Below the pieces are notes generated by a model that saw only the letters and a list, made by a program, of their open reading frames with translations, was not told where the DNA came from and did not search any database. DNA of 61,129 bases, the filler included, from Catajapyx aquilonaris (Eukaryota): assembly GCA_000934665.2 (NCBI GenBank). It is 3 parts of 3 records of this genome, joined end to end, with 100 filler letters (N's around TTAATTAATTAA, not from the genome) between each part and the next. Parts side by side here need not be neighbours in the genome. Positions count along the whole stretch, not along the records: positions 1 to 20,313 come from JYFJ02006293.1; 2 more parts are not named here. One strand, written 5' to 3'. Positions 1 through 14,378 of the stretch are shown here, in pieces (position 1 is the first letter of the stretch; each line of letters opens with the position of its first letter). The translations under genes were made by a program, and so were the position numbers.

Positions 1-1469
1 CGGGTCAAATTGATCGTCTTGGTCTATAGAACGTCTGTGCAAAGTGGCTTGCTTTCTGCAAGATTTTGCAGCATATTTTTGTGTACCGCTTCGACTACAG
101 GTGAAATATCGTGGAGTGATGTGGGTGTACGGTGCCTTCAAACCCTACTACATTAGTACCTTGAGAGGGCCCTTGACAACATTTATGAGTTATAATTAGA
201 TGTTCACTACCAAAATTAAAATTGCTAATGTTAGACTGGACCTACAAACCGCAACCGACCTTAGTTTCAATTTCCCTCCCTATGTGTAGCATAAATGTAT
301 GTCCATAATCAGACCATAAGCGTACTGTTCAGTTCAACGATGTAAATCACAATTAACTCGACTGATGGACATAATAGGCCGACAGTATATGAATTTAGAC
401 CAAGTTTTGCAAATCTTAGTCCCACTTTGATATGAGAGTTGTCTACTTTCGGAATAATCTGAACAGCTCAATAACATGCAAAGATGGCTTTCGGATCCCA
501 CGCTGAATTATTTAAATGTACGTGGGCATGTATAACGTCAGTGAGCTTCATGTAATTAGGTGAAATATTGTACGCTTTGATAACTACTCATTACGTAAGC
601 CCACTCTCTCAAATCGATATTAGTTATTCAAGAGACTCTTAATGAAGGAAATTACTCTCAAATATTTTGAAAAAGCTGAAGCGCAGGTAATGGCATATAG
701 TGCATTATGATACTATGCACGTGACCTACATTCGCGGATGATGGTAGTACTGATTTCAAAATGCATTTTATAATTACTCACTAAATTTTCTGCGAGAATA
801 TCCGCGCCTCGGGTACATGAAAACGTGTGGGGAATGCAAATTACATTATTTACTGTATAAGCTGTGTTGGGCTCCAGTTTTAAATTCAAGCAATATTAGA
901 AAAACTACCAAAATTCCCCCGCATGAACAATCACCTTTTTGAGCTCTCAGTAATAATAAGAGGATTTTTAAAGTTACTCATTTTCAAAGGCATTCAAATT
1001 ACACATGTACATGGGTCGCATTTTCAGATCAAACAAGTCCTATATGAAATAAAAAATCCATTTTAATGCTATTACACACTCCATTGAATAGTGATGTCTG
1101 AGTGCGTGCATGGTGCATCATTTGCGACGAAAGCTATAGCGCAGGCCTACATCAAAGCTCAACCGCGAAAATTAGGCTCAAATTAGAGTATATCAAATGT
1201 TTCATGCGAATATGATAACACACACGAGTGTGACGGCTGACATGGTTACTGTGCCAAGCATATGTGCAGAGCCGAGCAGCTTCAGTCGACCTTTTGAATT
1301 CTGTACAGAGCAAGAATAAATCAGGTGTGTCATTTTGTAGAGTTTCTCATGGATGAAACTCATGGAGAAGAACCGTACTTCTAGAATGAATACGTGGTCT
1401 TTTTTTCCATTTAAGCAGTGAAATTGCCCAGTATCAACCTGTTGTTCCTGATTCTGAAATGCTTCTTAC

Positions 1470-1834
1470 CGTATAGATCCCGTATTTCTTGGATGATGCG
1501 AACAATGAAACGGAGTTCTACACGGTGCAACGAGACTGCTCCTCCGCGCCTGCGCAGGGGCCGCTGTCTTGCTATCCTCATCATTAGTCCCAGTGGTTCC
1601 ATCCTGAGCCGTCGATGTCACTTTCTTGATTCCAATCACCGCATTCAACGACGAACCTCTTCTTAGCGATGTGACTGGTGGCGCTCTCGTGGCTGGTGAC
1701 ACCGGGGCAGATCTGACCCCATCCTTCTTTAGGTCCTTCCTCAACAATACTGGTTCCTGCTTTTCAGTGGAAGACGACGAGGCAGCCGATGATGATGTCA
1801 TGGTCCATTTCTTTTGCGGTCCCAATTTTCCACT
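1470..1834 (-). CDS. Probable coding exon of a large host gene (low-complexity N-terminal-type segment, SGKLGPQKKW...HHPRNTGSIR)
   Basis: Open frame bounded by acceptor cactctcactccgtag|AGT (phase 0) and donor CG|gtaaga (phase 2); GC-richer than flanks; RRGSS and RRSS basophilic kinase-site motifs. Confidence 0.6.
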
Positions 1835-3596
1835 CTACGGAGTGAGAGTGGTACTCACTTTGTGTTTGAACTAACGCAGTTTTTCCAGCGCTCATCCTGA
1901 CAGGTGTGAACCTGATAGCGTCAGTGTAGTGGCAGCTTTGAATACAGTTGCCACTCAAAAAACGGGACATCATTAATGATTTACGGTGCCTTGCACCTGC
2001 TACAGTATAATTAAAACGCCACCGACGCAGATGAAATACGCTTCAGAACTGACTTTGAGAAATTTGATATCGTTTTGAATTCCGAGACCTTCCTGTGCGT
2101 ATATTTGCTGTCATCACATTTTTTTGCATGAGATCTTCAAAAAGGATCCGCCCTACTACTTTAAGCTCGTATTATATTGAAATGCTGTTCCTTCATGCAG
2201 ACTATATAAAGAGAGTGCATGCTAGATATAATCAAGTCGGGTATATACAGTAAGCCTATTTGCAGAGTAACTTCCTGTTTGCAGTCAGGGTATATAGGAT
2301 TACTAGAAGCAGGAAAATGTGTTCCCTGAATTTCCTTCTTACTTGCAGGTTTTACAATATGGAAATGCCCAATAATATTATCGAAACATCGTGAGCATAT
2401 TACACGGTCTATAAAAGTTACTACTAATGAGAAAAAAAACCCATTGCTTCAACAGATTCTTCAATTGCCATCACTTCATCGACAGATCAATTCATCGATT
2501 ACTTAGTGCTAGCAAGATAACAGGTTATCGACCAGAGTGTTGTTGTATTTACACTTCCATTTATCGGCATCGGTTTATCGACAAGTTGCAAGCAAATGAT
2601 TTGGCCGCAATCTTGATCCACTACTTCTAAGTTATAGTCAGTCACTGACTCGCTCTCAACATCGAGCAGCAAAGTCATTACAATATTAAGATCTGGCCAA
2701 GTCTTAATGAAACTCTAAAATTAATTAGAGTCCATTTCCATGAGAAATATTCATGATAGGACTGTAGAAGCATTACAGACGTGCAACAGGCCACGAGTAA
2801 AAAATATTATTTGAATTAAATAGTATGAACGTACAGTTACAAAATTCCTGATTCATCATTCTGTCACTTTTTAGCACCCTGATCGGTTGTAGCACACGTA
2901 AGCGATAATGCATGTTTGTTTCCAAGCACTACCAGTACTTTATTTAATTAGCTCTATATATAGCATCACAATGATTCCAGTGCGCAAATAGCAAGTCACG
3001 GTTGGGTAGGATAATGTAATTGGCTGGTTAGATGCAGTTGACAGACGCTCAACATCCTTCCTATCGCATTTCCTATCCGTCATTTTCAACCCTTTCGTTT
3101 ATTCATCACATTCACCACCCTAACCTGCTTTGTCGATGCACAGTATCATTATGCGCATGACACAATGACACAAAATAATTGCGTTGTTAATCCATATGTG
3201 ATACCAATGACAAAGCTTCCGCGTGCATTTGTGGAAGATTTTTTATCATTATGCGAATGACGCCAGTAAAGTACGTACAGTAACTTGATTCGTAACTTGA
3301 CTACAAAAGAGAAGCACTACAGCACTCAACAGTATTACATAGCAGCATTTCTTTTGAAATAAAATATGAGCCGCAATGTGGTGTCAACTGATGTTAGGTG
3401 AAATCGCGAATATTTCGACAAATAACATTCTGTTTCAAATCTGCCACTCACAAACAGCTAGCCACTTTTAAATTGAAAATATCGGTCACTTTTTAGCACA
3501 TATCGTCCCATGAATGCAAATTCATTCCTTATCATCCACCATTCGGGCATAGAACTCCCTGAATCAGGATAAGCGCTGAAGTAAATGAGGCTGTAC

Positions 3597-3824
3597 CCTA
3601 GGCGTGGGTGGTGGCTGACTTTCAAGGCTGAGACTCTGGCTGTGGCTGTGACTGTGGCTGTGGCTATGGCTGTGGCTCCGACTCTGGCTACTTCCTTCTT
3701 CCTCTACATTGGACAGAGTCCCACTTCCACTTGTAGCTCTTCGCCTCCATTGAGCTCTTCGGGCAGCAGCCCCTTCCGTGGCGCGTTGCTTAAGCCGAAC
3801 ACTATACGATCGCATAGGCATCAT
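3597..3824 (-). CDS. Possible first coding exon (MMPMRSY...(SH)n...PPPTPR) that could splice to the 1834 exon
   Basis: ATG-initiated GC-rich frame with a Ser-His hexamer repeat; candidate phase-0 donor AGG|gtacag is weak. Confidence 0.35.
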
Positions 3825-4073
3825 GGTGCGGTTGCGGATACCTTATGTTAAAGTCATGCCGAACCGGAGCCCGCACTGTTTTGGTACACCACTGCCACAT
3901 TCCAGGCAGAGCGTCGTCTCATTGTTGCTTCGTACCTGTCATTGAGCCATGTGATCTTTGTTGATAATGTGGTGGCACAACCCACAGAAAAATCACACCC
4001 ATTTATGGAGCAAATTGGTTTCAAATGACATCTGTCACGATTGTGCCATCACACTTGAACGCAGATAATAAAA

Positions 4074-4392
4074 CTAGGCATCAATTTGCCAAAATTAGGC
4101 AAAAAATTAGGCAACTAAGCGACATCCGACGGTGCAGTGCAGAAGTGAGTCGCCACCCAGGAGGTGGCGCCCTGGCGCCCGGAACGGCGGAAATGGGAAT
4201 TCCGTGGAACGGACGAGGCGTTTTTTTGGGGTTTTTTTGGGGTTTTACAAAGTCCCTCGACACCGTTTCCAAAATAACACAAGTGGTTTGCAAATATAGA
4301 AAACACGGGAAAAATTAGGACACCACTCCCAAAGCTGTAGACCGTAGGGTGCGGGAGGCGTTTCCATGATAGTCGGCTTTTAATATTATAGA
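4074..4392 (-). mobile_element. Non-autonomous Helitron, short copy
   Basis: Minus strand reads A|TCTATAATATTAAAAG...CTAG|T with a subterminal hairpin (TTTGCC...GGCAAA); homologous to 13556-14356. Confidence 0.75.
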
Positions 4393-7300
4393 TAATAATA
4401 ATAATGTGTTGCAAGGTAGAACCCTGTGACCAAATGAAATCGAACAATTTTCCAATTCGGCATGGTTTTGATGATTTCACACCGAAGCAGTCATGTTGAC
4501 TGTGGGGTACCTAATAATGGTTCTCGGGTGTGAACAACAGAGTATCACTCAATTACAAGTTCAACTCTCGAGAAGTCAGCACGCAACTTGGTGCACTTAA
4601 CTCTGCAAGTCTGTTGTAGCCGAAGTTGCCACAAGCCAAACTTGGGTAAATGGGAGTTGCCACACTTTGTCACAAAACCGAGTGTCGGTAACCGCCATAA
4701 CATTGTATCGAAATAGTATCTCACCTACACTGTTTCCAACCGCAATTCTCTCATCCTCGGAACATTTCTGCTTGAACACCCCCCCCCCCCCACCCCCGAT
4801 AAAAAAGAAGACAGCGCCCCAGGAATTCGCTGATATGGAAGCAGGAAAAACCTGCGCCTTTCATACCTCCGCTATTCGATTTTGCATTCCAATAAGTTTC
4901 CGTGGTTCCCCCATTAGTCTATGCGGCAATATGAAAATGGTGGGGGAGGACAAATTCATTGGAGGAAATGGCAACGTGGGACCATCCCGGAAATAGGGCA
5001 ACTCCGCTACCCTGCTTTTGAGGTAATGATATTGAGCTCAGGTAAATTCACGAGAAGGGGGCGTGGGACATAAGGGTGAGCAGATAGAGATGGGGGGTGG
5101 TGTGACGTCACCCTTTGCCCCCAGCCGCCTTTGAGGGCTTTTAATAGGGGGCGGGAAATGAGCCAGAGACAAAGGGGGAAAATTCGCTAGTAAAAAGTTT
5201 AGAACCGTAAAAAGAGGTTATTGTGCTCACCTGGGAGGGGAATATGGAATGTGTTTTTCTCACCTATGACAAAATTAATTCTGGCAAAAAAAATATTTAA
5301 TATTTCAGCCAAGGTTTATGACCGGACCAAATAGGTGATTGCACTCACCTGTTGAGCTGGAATATAATTTTTGACCTCACCTGTGGGGTCGAGAAAATTG
5401 AAATTTTTGGCCAAATGACTTGAGTGGATGAGATATTAAGTGCATTATTTTCTCGTTAAACGGACGGTGGCTATTTTAGTGAGCTTAGATAGCCTGTTAT
5501 GAGAGAATTAATTGCCAGTTAGGATGCAAGGGATGTATTATGTGTGGTATGAGCGTGAGAGACTAAATTAATAACTGGCCTCATTTTGCTTTCTTTTCAG
5601 GGAACTTATTACACCCTGGCAATGTTCTGAATGGTGAATAATTCGCCCTTGCATCTTTGGTTAATCATTATAAAATAATCCATGATAGTAATTATCCCAC
5701 TGCTTTCACGCCCTTGTTGCTTAACACTGCATCATGTTTCGTCCCGCAATTTTGACGGCTTTGGTAAATATTAGAACGTTTGCTTTTCATTTACATTATT
5801 TGTGTACCAGTTCAAATTTCCCCGAGGAAGCAGAAACTCATCAAGGGCGAAGCTCTAGAATAGTACAATGCACCACTGCCCAGGCACAACCACGGAAGTC
5901 AATGCTGCTTGTAAATCTAGTAAAAACAGGTAATACAGGTGTGTATAGCAGAGTGCAGGTTTCAATGGAAGCAATCTTATAGCAAAGTAATTTCGTGCAA
6001 TATATCACCACTGTTTGCTACCACGGTTTACCCGGACAAAGCTGGGTTTGCCGCCGCCAGTATTGAATGCATAATGCTGTGGAGTCGTCCACATCGTACG
6101 TAACCTGTTTGTGGGGGAGGAAAACGCACTAGTGATGGACGACTTAGCGAATAAAATAATACTATCCGATGGTTGACAAAACTAATATGTTCTATGCGCT
6201 GCTGAATATACAGTAGTATATGTAATTCCCCCTGGTTTTTCATAGCCATCAACATGTTTGAGGTTAATTTTTGCGTAATCAAATCTCACACGACTGCAAA
6301 AGTGAACTATAAAATATTTACCTTTCCTTTTATATGGTTATATAAAACATGCAAATGCGATTATAACCAACAAGCTTGTCCAACACGTAAATCCCACATG
6401 CATTACTCCTAGGCAGTGACAGTGATAACGCTTGCTTTTTGCGCAGGAGAGGCGAAAGCTCAAATGTTAGCAAATGAGCCAGTGTTGTTTGTTACCACTC
6501 GCCATTAAATCGCAATTAGTGGAATGGGTTTCCCAGTAGTGGCCTGAAGCAAGCACTTAATAACATTTTTGTCTTTGCGTAATGCAGTATGTAGTATTAT
6601 ATTTTATTGTTGTCGTTACTGTTGCTGTTATTTATAAATATATTTATATATTTATTTTAAAACTGCTACTTATTAGAAGCACAGTTATAAATTGTATTCC
6701 AGAAAACATTTGTAAGAGTTGTTATTGATTTCTCCTTACATTTTCCAATTTTCGTTTATAAAATTAATTCATAAAGATGATCCGTATCGGTATGAACTGC
6801 AAAATAATAATGGAAATTCTAGAACAGTCACTGCTAGTCTCCACGAAGGCAGATCGTAGACCACGTAATTTGATTGCATATCATAACACGAAATTTCCGG
6901 AACACTGTAGTAGATCAATAAATAACTTACGCATAATACATATATATCTTCTATACAGTTGATACGTGGTAATTCTATTCAATCTCTGCACATACCGTAC
7001 GCAGGAGTAATGATGTTCAAAATTAAATTATTCGCTAATTTGTCATTCTGTTACTCACAATTCCTGGGCAAACCCGATATATTAGTTTATTACATTCATC
7101 TTGTAATACCTTCCTTCATATTTTAAGCGTATATCAATTCTACCCACAGAATCCGTTGAAATGAAAAATTTCTTGCAAATTATACTAAAAAGCAAACTAT
7201 CTTCACCTGCTCAGAAAATTTCCCGTTGATAGAAAACGTATGTGACGTTCAAGAAGTGATAATCCAAATCTAGCTTTTCATCGTAGCATTTTACTGTCAT

Positions 7301-9254
7301 TATTCCTCATATGGCATGATACTTAATGTAACCTTTCAAATTATCAAATGCCATAATTTATCAACAATAACAAAATTTGACAGAGCAAAAACCTGGTGTG
7401 TCACTCGACGTTAGAAATGCACCAAAATTCATTAGGTGGATTACCTTGCAACACATTACATATCAACTTATTTGTGCTAAGAAATGAAATAAATTTCTTT
7501 TTTATTTAAAAAAACCAGCCAAAACCCCGATTTCTCTCCAACAATTATTACAATATTCTAAGGCTCCCTTTCTGCAATAATCAATTTCGAACATTTCAAT
7601 TTATCTCACGAACCGCCCAAATTATAAAAACTCCGAACATAATACCCCTAGTAATCAAGACTTTTGTTCAAAAACAAACACTCTCTGCCAATTGTATCCT
7701 GACCCAATCAAGCTCCAATCCGTAAATCTTTGAACCAGCAATTACACCCGCTCCTAATCTATCCTAATCGATCTAGCCAAGCCTTAAAAAAAAATCCAAC
7801 TCCGAAAGATCAACGAAGCTCAATCACAGACACACACAAAAAAACACCGAAACACTGAAGACGTCTAAACTTGCGCGCGGCCACTTGTTGAAGGCGCGAG
7901 CAACCAAGCACTTGTTGAGTTTACAGACTGGTGTGCTATGGAGGGTCGCCGACTATGAAGTATTGTGAGGGAGAGGGAGGAGTGTAGGGTGGGGATGGGA
8001 TGGGCGGGGAGGGGCCTATGAGAGAAAGATAGAAATAGGAAAAAAAAGGCAGAGAGAACTAGCGAGAGGTCAACGCAGGCGCGGAGCAGAGATTACGTCA
8101 ATCTCCGCTTGTGGTTCTGGAGAGCATAGGAGCAAATAGTACATGGGATGGGGGGAGGGGGGCCCCCCTCGACAATAATGGCAATGTGGACATACGTTAC
8201 ACTCCAGCAGTGGACAGTTAAAAATCAACACAGTTTGCTCTATGCTCCAATATATCGATGTGCACTAGGCTATTAATAGTGATTAATTAGCTATTGATAG
8301 CACTAACGCTAAATTTATTGTCTATGCTAAGAATGCGGCGTTGTCATTTAAAAAAGTAATATATTGTAGATTAAGAGCAAAAACTGACCAGAACTTATTC
8401 GCACGGACTTTAGAATGGCTTTTGTTAACACAGCTTGTTTAAACTCTCGAATAACATACACATGCCATTTCACTACAGCAAGGCACTGCCTTATGCAAAA
8501 ATGGATTGCACACCCATTAAATTATTCCTCTCTCTAGTGCAGTTTACAGAGCATAGACATATAGTACTGAGAAGTTGTTTTGAAGCCTTCAGCACCAAGC
8601 CTGAATCAATATTACGAAGTTTGAAACCAATTGAAGATGCCGTGTTGTCGCCTCGACGAGGAAAATAGATCCATAGCTCTTAAGGAACCGGATGCCAGGC
8701 TGTTCCACTTCACTTACAGGAATGGGAAGCAATAATCAATTTTTATAGGCCATAATGTTGTTATTTTTGAATATGGTATGCCAGCCACTATAAGGGATTT
8801 CCTGTACAATTACACCGAACCAATGTGGTTTGTGAATGTAGTTAGGAAGTAGCGGCCCCGTGCTTTTATTGGAAAATTACATTTTTCAAAGTGTACAGCG
8901 TGATGAACATCCGGGGGACGGGTATCCCAGCAGGCAATTCGTGAATGTATATAACTGCTTAATATTGGGTACCTAATGAAACAGGCCATAGTACCCATCC
9001 GATGTAGTAATTTGTGGCAGCTAGGCCAGCAATCCGTAATGGACGTCAAGCTCATTTGTAGCCTCTTTTATCCCCACCTTTCATCGTGTCATGGCCTGTC
9101 ACAGATAACTATACACCCTTCCCTCACAGCCATCCCACAAGCCTATTCAACCCTCCCCTATGAGAGGCCAGAATCCACATATTTCTTCCCCAAAACTAAC
9201 TAGATGATGTCAATGCTTATGTTACATTGCTACACTTTTTTTTAAATTGGTCAC

Positions 9255-9510
9255 CCCGTGATGTCCCTAACGGGATTTATAGGGGGGTGGCACACCACCA
9301 TCAGTTTTCTATATAGTTTCTTCTTCAATATCCGGTGCAAGGAATCAGGGACATTGGGAAAGGATATGGATTTTTGGGGAGGGAACATGGATGCAAGTGC
9401 AATGTCTTCGCATTGGGTCATGTGCTGTTCCCCAGGAGGTTAGGCTGCCAGACACCTCCAAGGTGCTGGTCAGAGACCCTCCTGACGCAGGTGAAAGGGA
9501 TCTCCCAGGC
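9255..9510 (-). mobile_element. tRNA-derived SINE family A, 5'-truncated copy
   Basis: Reverse complement of the body seen at 32290-32460 and 60687-60947. Confidence 0.75.
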
Positions 9511-11802
9511 GCACATGTTACACTTTGTAATAAATTAAAGATGATATTGTAACACTTGAAGTTAACCTACCAGACCAATGCAATAATTATCCAGATTAAT
9601 TCATGCTGACTTGAAGCAACAAGTAACGACTCCCACAATATCATATTCTCCAGTAAAACTTACAAAATTACATGAAATCTTCCTCCCAGCTGTTCTGACT
9701 CCCTTAAACCATTGCTAACTGATTACCTGCCTCCCACTTGTGACAACCCCACATAAAAAAAAGAAGGCTGGTATAAATTTGACATGAAAATCCCTTTGCC
9801 CGAGAGTAATTATCCAGAGAGCCAACCATTACCAGTCAGAAACGGAAATGTAAAGAGACGTTCCAAGTTGAGCAAACACTCGACCGTAGAATAATGAAAA
9901 CTGCTCGTTAAAATTAATGCCTCGCAGGTAAGAGACTGCCCTTTATTATTAGCACACCCCGTGAGCTTTAGGGCCTAAAAACTGGTATTTAAAAAACCTG
10001 GTTCCAGCTTGAAACGTTGCTGTTTATGGCCCTCTAGCCACCAGTCCAAAATCAAATCAATTGTCATAACTCCAACCCGCCCTTCCAGCCCCATAGGCAT
10101 GAAATTCACACTACACTGACTACAGTGTACCTATCGACCACCTGCAGGGACGGTTCACATCATTTGAACCCAGAAACACTGAGCCCCTTTGAAACGAGTG
10201 ACCTGACAGGTAACAGGGGCGCATGTGAGCTCAGGTCTGGCAACATCGCTTTTCCAGGTGATCGAAGGCTAAAGTGCTGGAGTGAAAAGGATGGTTAAGT
10301 ACATTCAGTTCCAAAAGGTGGGGTGTAATTAAAGCTGGTGATAAATGTGTGTATTCCGTTTCGATGTAGCTGACTTTGCAATGTGATTGAATCCTTTGTT
10401 AGGATCGGGCTCAAGGGGTGTGTTGAATGAGTACATCCAGGCTCAAAATGAGTTGCAGGCCCTGGACGTAGGCGGATTACCAGTCATCCTATCACAAGAC
10501 TGCAAGCATGTTAAGATAGAATTGATTTAGCAATGAGTCCAATTATTACATTTTCAGCACTGCCTGCTCCCATGATACAAACTTGTTGACTCCAGTTCCA
10601 AATAATGTCAATTCTACCTCTCACCCATGAATATCATAACAAACTTATTTATTCCACCTCACTCCCCTGTAAACACATGGATCCTTTCTTCAGGAAAACC
10701 CTCCAGCACAAAAGCATCTCTGATTACAACACCTCGGACACCCTCAAAACCCTCTGATAAACGTGTTTATTCCGGTTTACCCCTTCTAATTATGCAAAGA
10801 CGTTTAATTAAATCTCAGGGAACGCGATGGCACATCCAATTTTAGGGAGGGCAGGGCTGCGAGTGGACCGCAAACCCCATAACCTTTTCCCAGGTCCAGG
10901 AAATGATCCCCAGGGCTCACATGAGGCTGTAATGAAATCTCTCTTCTAATTATAAATTCCCAAAGCGAAGAGTCGGTGAGAAGAGATAGCATTCGGGTCT
11001 CTTTTGTCCCCAAGACACTTCACCGAACAGGAATCGATTGACCCCCCCCCCCCCCACCCNTGATTACCGGAGCTCTTTCCAGCAGCCCAGAATAGCTTCC
11101 TGTGCTCCCATAGTCCTCCATTTACCCATCCAGGATGCCATAAAAAAATTGTGATGGCTGACACAAATAGTATGCGAGCCCTAGGCACACATTTTGTAGT
11201 GGGTCAAATCCGCATGAGCGAACCTTTTATGGGCGAGTCCAGATTCGAAAAAAAAGTGTTCCAGAAATTTTTGTGGCGAGGATGTGTGTTTGTGATGGTG
11301 AAAAAATTTATGTGCGTTGCAAACTAGGATGTAGTAGGCGGTTGGAATGTCAGAAAGAGGACATTCCGGAAAATATGGCGCTTTAATGCTGCAATATGAG
11401 CTGAAAATAGAGCGTGTGGAAGGAAGCCTCCAGCAGTCGTTTCAAAATGTAGGATATTGCATTTTCAACATTTGGACTTGTGCATAAGCAGACTCATTAA
11501 TTTACTATATTGTTTCAAAATATGCGTGTTATATTGACTGTTGTTGACAATGTTCATGACAAAGGTACGATCCCGAGGCTTTTGACCGCTTGCATTAACC
11601 ATCTACCTTCATCGTGCTAATGAAGCGACTCCACAAGTCTAAACATCAAACTTTGCCGCGCTCGATCATTACAGCCCACAACCGCGCGTGCCCTCTGTGT
11701 GCAAGCACCTTAACTAAAAATGTTCTGCACCGCCTTAATGGAGCAGCTGCGTGGCTCGCCATCTGTCATCCGGAGTGGGAATCAATGAGGTGTGGTACTC
11801 AC

Positions 11803-12038
11803 ATGATGTCTCCCAGCTTGAGGCGTGTTTGAACCATCGCGCAGCTCTTGTGGTCCGAGGTGGTGACTGCACGCCGGCGCCGGTACCTCCCGCTGCCCAG
11901 TGGCGACGGCGACAGCGAACGAGTCATGTGGCTCACTCCCAGCGTCGCCCCTGACGATCCACCGACAGCTTCACCGTTCATGCCTCCTGCCCCCCAACTT
12001 TCGTCTGGTACTGACAGACGCACGTGCCTTTGTTTCAC
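11803..12038 (-). CDS. Probable coding exon (VKQRHVRLSVP...RRRRAVTTSDHKSCAMVQTRLKLGDI)
   Basis: Acceptor ctgttcctgtag|GTG (phase 0), consensus donor AT|gtgagt (phase 2), open frame of 236 nt, GC-rich. Confidence 0.7.
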
Positions 12039-13555
12039 CTACAGGAACAGACATGGACACAATTAAATCAGATTATAATCATTCACACTAATGTCTAGCA
12101 AAAGAAATGTCGAGAGATAGCAATGTGCTAGGCAAAGTGGGACATCTGGTACTCAGCTTATATGCAAAGTTATAGGATAATGTGAAGGGTCAATCTAAAA
12201 TGTCAACAAAATTTCGATGAAATGTTGGCAAACTCACTTCGAAACTGAGCTGCTCGTGTAAACATGTCAAAATGTATCAACGCATAGTGTAGTCTTCATT
12301 CGCAAACACTTTTTTTTTTCATTGTCCCTAATTCCAGCACTTTGCACACATTACGACTATTACAAAATGTCTCCCTCCCACCAGATCATGTAAATTTCGA
12401 AGGCAATAATTGACATAACGGAGTTCGTCTCCCTTTGATCTCTAATAGTTTTAAAAATGTTTCGTAGAAATATTAGTAATGTCTGGATCATAGATATTAT
12501 GGTCTGCTTAAAGCACACGAGAACTGCTCCTTGATATCAACGCAGCTCTTCAGTATAAACGAAAGAATTAATCCTAAACATTTTATTGCGAATATATTTA
12601 TAGCCAAATTTCTAGTAGCAGTTCCTCCATCTTGAAAACCATTTCGTAGTCGGTAGTCCTAAACAAAATTTCAATATAAAACAGCGCGAGGCAAAACGCC
12701 TTTTAAATGAGATAAATCCATTATTTCATTCACATCAATAACTAAATGTAAATTGAGACTTTAACTTGTTTTCATGCGAGAGGTTCAATTCAAACGTCTT
12801 GGTGTTGTGAAATTTCAATATGGCGAACAAGCCATGGAAAGCCTCTTTAGATTTCCATAATCTGACTGTGCTACATTTAGATGGTCTCTTACCAGGACGT
12901 TGGGGAAATAAAACGCTCCCAGCGTGGCAGAGACTTCCCCATCAGATTACGGAAGCAGGCAGTAAAAGGATCCCATGATTCATTAACACAGCTTGCAAAT
13001 GGCATATAAAGTGCAACATTTACATAAGCAATATTCCATAACGACGCCCTCCACTTTTATTCGCCATCCAAATACCTCGTTCCGAAGCAAAGAAACGCGA
13101 TTGTCAAGTACACCTGAAAGATCCAGAATTCGACAAAATGCTACTATAAATGCCGTACAGAAATGTAGCAATTAAGTAAGACTTTGATTTAAATTTGCGG
13201 TCTTCATTGCAAACAGGTATATTCGCATCTTGCAACTGCGTACCCGTTTGTGGTGCCTCAGGCACATGGCGCGGTGTGGAACCAATAGAAACAGTGTTGC
13301 GGTCTCCTGTTCGTATTCGTTCACAAACGGAAGTGGAAACCGCAAGGCTAGAGGGCGTCAAAACAACCTCGTAACATTCCTGACAAAATGGTCCAATCAT
13401 CCCGTCGACTTCTACTCTATGGTGTCCCTCACTTCAGGGGTTACGTTGGGGTAGATTTGGTTGGAAGAAGGTCGTATGTAGATGATGGGAAAGGAGAAGC
13501 ATGAGGCAGATAGGCTAGGACTAAATCCACCCAATATACCCTTAATAATAATATA

Positions 13556-14356
13556 CTAGGCACCAACTTGACAAAATTTGGCAAAAAATTTGGCATCGAA
13601 GCGACATCCGACGGTGAAGTGCAGAAGTAAGCGAGTCGCCAACCAGGAAGTGGCGCCGTGGCGCCCGGAACGGAGGAAATGGGAATTCCGCGAAACTGAC
13701 GCAGTCGGGTTTTTTTTTTTTGCGCTTTTTGAGTTTTACACAGTCTCTCGGCACCGTTTCCAAAAAAGAAAAAGAAAAAGTGGTTTGCAAATATAGAAAA
13801 CACTGGCAAAATTTGGACACCAACTCCCAAAGTTGTAGGTCGTACCAGGGAGCATATACTACATAAGAGGCGCAAACTTCGGTCGGCGCCTTTGATGTCC
13901 GCGTCTCTCTGTTTGGGGGCGTTGCTGCCAATGGTGGCGGCCATTTTGAAACGGGGCCAACGCCAACGAGGTATAAATAGGGTACTGTACAGGCAGGCCA
14001 TCTTTGATGGTTTTGGCGGCCATATGGCACTTCACGGCAAGAACACGCGCGAATTTGAATATTTTGCCGTATGAGCTCCTTGCACTTTTCTACGTATTAA
14101 TTCCGTAATTCCGTGCAAAAAATATTCAAATTCGCGCGTGTTCTTGCCGTGAAGTTCCATGGCCGTCAAAACCATCAAAGATGGCGGACCTTTACGGCCT
14201 GCCTGTACCCTATTTATACCTCGTTGGCGTTGCCCCCGTTTCAAAATGGCCGCCAACCTTGGCAACGGCCCAAACAGAGAGACGCGCGAATCGAATGTTT
14301 GCGCCTCTTACGGTGCGGGAGGAGTTTCCATGACAATCGGCATTTAATAATATAGA
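13556..14356 (-). mobile_element. Non-autonomous Helitron, long copy with an internal inverted repeat spanning about 450 bp
   Basis: A|TCTATATT...CTAG|T termini; both ends align to 4074-4392; extra internal segment 13864-14310 is an imperfect palindrome. Confidence 0.75.
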
Positions 14357-14378
14357 TTATTGACTGTACAGTACGTAC

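Noticed and set aside
1835..1858. gtgagt...tag micro-intron upstream of the 1834 acceptor
   Set aside because: Only 24 nt, too short for a typical intron in this kind of genome
8600..11000. Possible decayed LINE fragments (also about 52030-53000 and 59440-60500)
   Set aside because: Coding-like texture and a WNSL-like motif, but no diagnostic RT or endonuclease motif I could read reliably
13441..14355. Several ORFs of 60-186 aa with mutually similar peptides
   Set aside because: Products of the Helitron repeat and its palindrome; no domain signal
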